DNA of 64,000 nucleotides from Trypanosoma brucei (Eukaryota): NCBI GenBank assembly GCA_000002445.1, contig CH464492.1, positions 222,309 to 286,308 of the forward strand, read 5' to 3'. Shown piece by piece: positions 62,270 to 64,000 of this stretch (position 1 is its first letter; each line of letters starts with the position of its first letter). The notes under the pieces were generated by a model. It saw only the letters and a program-made list of their open reading frames with translations, ran no database searches and was not told where the DNA came from. The position numbers and the translations under genes were made by a program.

Positions 62270-63869
62270 CTGCTGCCTGCGATTTTTTGGCTTTGGCCAG
62301 AACTGTATTTTTTTTCTACTTAGGTGTTTACTGGTGACTGTCCTGTTAGTTATGGACGATAGATAAAGGATAGAAAACTTCCTAACCACGAATGGCTACA
62401 AAAAGTACAAATTCAAACGCATAATGTATTTTCTTAAACTCACGCATTTTAAGTTTTTTAAATCCCAAATTCATGTTGTTTAAGCCTGCATGACAATATT
62501 TTTTTAAAAGTATTTTATTTTCCACACAGAATACGTGATTGCCGTATTTTTGATTGATTACGTATTGGGGAGATACATAAAAGACACGCTATAGCACGTA
62601 ACGTTTCACTCAATTTCATTGTGTTTTTATATGATCAACTCGTGGAAAGGTCTTTTGCACCATAGAAACTCATGGTCACAATGACCTAATTTTTTTTCAA
62701 ACAAATATCCCACACTAATTTCAATCCATAGCATTCTATATCTTTTGCACTCGCATGCTTTCTCAGATCTGACTCTGTACTTTTTACAATAACACAATAT
62801 TTCTATGTTATAAATTAAAATGTTATGGCTTCTAACGCGTGTTACGGCTCAGTAACTCTTTTGTGGTACGCGTTGTCTCTGTAACAATACAAAGGTTTTT
62901 TGTACGAAACCGCTGCTTTTGTTGGGCTCATACAGAAAGGTAGTTACTTTTGGGCCGCTTACGCCTACGACGTTATAATTTATAGTGATTTACACTCTGA
63001 GTTTCTTTTCCGCATGCTTGCCATGCTCCAGTAAACTTTCATCATCTCTTATTCTTATTTGAGTTTTACGATCGTTGAACGCAGTTAAATTGTCATTTGT
63101 ACACCAGTTTGGAACTGGTAAAGTTCTGCTGTTAATATTTCAACTTCACCAATCTCATTTATTCACGCATATATGTTCTATTTTTAGCACCTTCTTTTTT
63201 TCATTCTTTCTTTGCTACCTACAGAAATTCATTTGGACCAACAGTTTTAAAATCAAGCAAACAAGAATATTATTCTCCACACACTGATTTTTATTATTAA
63301 TTTATTAAATGAGAAAAATGTTGGATATTACATAATACTTACCCAGTTCCTTTTCTTGCTCCTGCTCCTGCTCCTTCTGATTCTTCTTTGAAGAAAGATA
63401 ATAGGATTAACCATCATATTTAACACCATACTCTTCATAATTATCTCTGAAGTACCTTTCATTCATTTGTGTGCGAAATGTGGAGCACAGCCTCATACTG
63501 ACGTACCATTATCTTCCTTTCTGCGCTATGTTGTCGCGGGTATGACATTTAATTTCCTCATTACTTCTTTATTTTACGTTTTTCTCCTCTTGCGGTTCAG
63601 AAAACGTAGCTACTTTACTTGTCTTATACGGTAAACTCTGTCTCACTTTCATTGGCCCTTCAATCATCCGCTCCGGTATAATAATGATCATAGCAATATT
63701 TGTATTTGAAGCTAGACATGTTCTATCTCCTTTTCTCTTTCTCTGCCTTTCTACTACTCTAATTCTCTACTCACACTATTCATCGTTTTCTCCAACTTCC
63801 CCACTTACTTTCATTTCATCCTTGCTTTTTTTTTTTAAGTGCTTTGATATTGGTAGTGCGGCTGCTCAT

Positions 63870-64000
63870 CACCACTGCTCTTATTATAATATTCGTATAT
63901 ACACACTCACAACACTCTCCTATTATTATTATTACTGCTCTTATTATAATATTCGTATATACACACTCACAACATTAGTTACCACTATTATCGTCATCAT
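63870..64000 (-). repeat. Two 70-bp repeat units running off the window edge
   Basis: ctcttattataatattcgtatatacacactcacaacactctcctattattattattactg appears twice. Confidence 0.8.

Overview
The window reads as a silent subtelomeric VSG array of an African trypanosome (Trypanosoma brucei group). It is a eukaryotic antigenic-variation gene archive; I see no prokaryotic-type system (no CRISPR, no defence operon). About 16 variant surface glycoprotein (VSG) genes, pseudogenes or fragments all sit on the minus strand, each ~1.5 kb and GC-rich against an AT-rich intergenic background. Most are preceded at higher coordinates by one to three minus-oriented 70-bp repeats of the form (TAA)n + GAGAGTGTTGTGAGTGTGTATATACGAATATTATAATAAGAG. 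Nearly every VSG is a pseudogene, with a single in-frame stop, a frameshift or a degenerate C-terminus. Several are within one or two lesions of an intact ~500-codon ORF with an N-terminal signal peptide and a C-terminal GPI signal of the ...SSFLVNKKLAL...LLF type. Two other degenerate families are interspersed. Five copies of a ~1.05 kb gene that I tentatively call ESAG3-like (signal anchor, D-x-D motif) sit between the 70-bp repeat and the VSG. Two copies of a beta-1,3-glycosyltransferase-like pseudogene (RFRRRILHRETCW and ADDDIFMRV motifs) lie in a duplicated [70-bp repeat - GT - VSG] cassette. The one plus-strand block (about 9.26-17.37 kb) holds a 12-unit 70-bp array in opposite orientation with no cognate VSG, telomere-like TTAGGG motifs, a plus-strand ESAG3-like pseudogene, and a degenerate ~5.3 kb ingi non-LTR retrotransposon. 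The ingi carries a 5' Pr77-like signature, a 2A-like DVEENPGP peptide, AP-endonuclease, reverse-transcriptase, RNase H and C2H2 zinc-finger regions, and a 3' poly(A). Other notable items are an uninterrupted (TTA)~110 microsatellite inside a 70-bp repeat, a (CA)14 tract in another, and a single exact VSG 3'UTR 16-mer. Two VSG-VSG junctions lack both the upstream gene's 3' end and the downstream 70-bp repeat. All coordinates come from by-eye translation and carry +/-10-30 bp uncertainty at pseudogene boundaries. The supplied ORF track uses alternative start codons, so I checked ATG starts by hand.
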